This document shows positions 62,965 through 64,000 of a DNA stretch of 64,000 bases, piece by piece. Every line of letters starts with the position of its first letter. Position 1 is the first letter of the stretch. Source of the stretch: Eledone cirrhosa (lineage: Eukaryota); NCBI GenBank assembly GCA_964016885.1, contig OZ024759.1, forward strand, positions 13,578,001 to 13,642,000, given 5' to 3'. The notes beneath the pieces are model-generated. The model was not told where the DNA came from, did not search any database, and saw only the letters and a list, made by a program, of their open reading frames with translations. Both the position numbers and the translations under genes were made by a program.

Positions 62965-64000
62965 GCAAAAGTTCTATTTAAAATTGTTGGGATACAACAA
63001 GTAAAACTGTTATATATTGTATTTTGTCTGATGAAGGCATACCATAATTTAATTTGGTATCCCTGAAATATGTATAATGAAATAAATATGGTTTTATAAA
63101 TATAGTTTCCATTTATTAATATCGTATATATATAAATATATATATATAAATATATATTTATAAATATATATTTATAAATATATATATATATATATAAATA
63201 TATATGCATACAATGCAACGGGAGGAAACATAATAGCAACACTGACGATGTTGCAGATGTGCAACGAAAGAACTTTGATAGACTATATATATATGTGTTT
63301 GTGTCTATATTGTAATTGTATTTTTGACCGTTGGTCAGTCAATGGCAGCATTGAGGTCCGAATAAATTAAATTAACCGATATAAAAGACACAGAAGCGAA
63401 AACCAACCAAACAGTGAGTGTGTTCTGTTATTAATTCTGGCAATATTATTACACAAATATGACCCTCCCCAAGTATAACAATAAATATATATATATATAA
63501 ATATATATATATAAAAATATGTATATAAATATATATATATAAATATATATATAAATATATATATATAAATATATATATAAATATATATATATATAAATAT
63601 ATATATAAATATATATGTAAAAGTTCTATTTAAATTGTTGGGATACAACAAGCAAATATTTTTATAACTGATATAAAGCACTCAACAAATATTTGGAGTA
63701 AAAATACGATATTAACAATTGGAAACTATATTTATAAAACCATATTTATTTCATTATACATATTTCAAGGACACCAAGTTAAATTATGGTGTGCTCTCAT
63801 CAGATAAAATATAATATAAAACAGTTTTATAAATAAATATTGACATACTCTTAAAAAATGCAACCATTGCTGTTGGAAGGTCCCGGAGAGTGGAGTTGTA
63901 GCTTTAATTCTTTATAAAACTGATCTATATCATATTTTATCTGATGAAAGCACACCATAATTTAACTTGATGTCCTTGCAATAAATATAGTTTCCATTTG
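62965..64000. repeat. Three to four copies of a roughly 160-bp AT-rich element carrying hammerhead-like boxes (62965-63125 +, 63618-63655 partial +, 63715-63830 -, 63912-64000 +)
   Basis: Shared aaaactg...attttrt-CTGATGA-stem-GAAA-tatgtataatgaaataaatatggttttataaatatagtttcca. Confidence 0.7.
63205..63485 (+). mobile_element. Solo Penelope pseudo-LTR related to 10260-10510, with a hammerhead motif at 63238-63279, embedded in (TA)n
   Basis: CTGACGA-T-GTTGCA(gatg)TGCAAC-GAAA-GAAC-TT; shared terminus gaccctccc.aagtataacaa. Confidence 0.75.

Overview
This is a repeat-dense animal genomic window, most likely from an octopod or other coleoid cephalopod, inferred from the (TA)n/(GAT)n/(GGT)n microsatellite load and the RTE-LINE and tRNA-SINE families. 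The only host gene I can support is a minus-strand TMC (transmembrane channel-like, TMC1/2/3-type) gene. Ten small GT-AG exons between 62579 and 19516 splice in phase into 350 codons covering part of the N-terminal cytoplasmic region and TM1-TM4; both ends of the gene lie outside what I could find. The introns contain a Penelope-like element with an uninterrupted RT + GIY-YIG ORF plus decayed relatives and solo termini, two RTE LINE families carrying a PHD-type C4HC3 finger inside the RT region, CR1-type and R4/Dong-type fragments, two tRNA-SINE families, mariner/pogo/hAT/piggyBac-type DNA elements, and several minisatellites. Features not visible in the ORF track are: minimal hammerhead-ribozyme motifs (two families with compensatory base changes between copies, plus a third motif inside an inverted repeat); several long near-perfect hairpins in the TMC pre-mRNA; a 16-bp tandem repeat that multiplies a candidate branch point six-fold; and minisatellites born inside MITEs and RTE-derived sequence. 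Most long ORFs in the track are microsatellite artefacts. All family assignments are from motif recognition by eye, with no database search.
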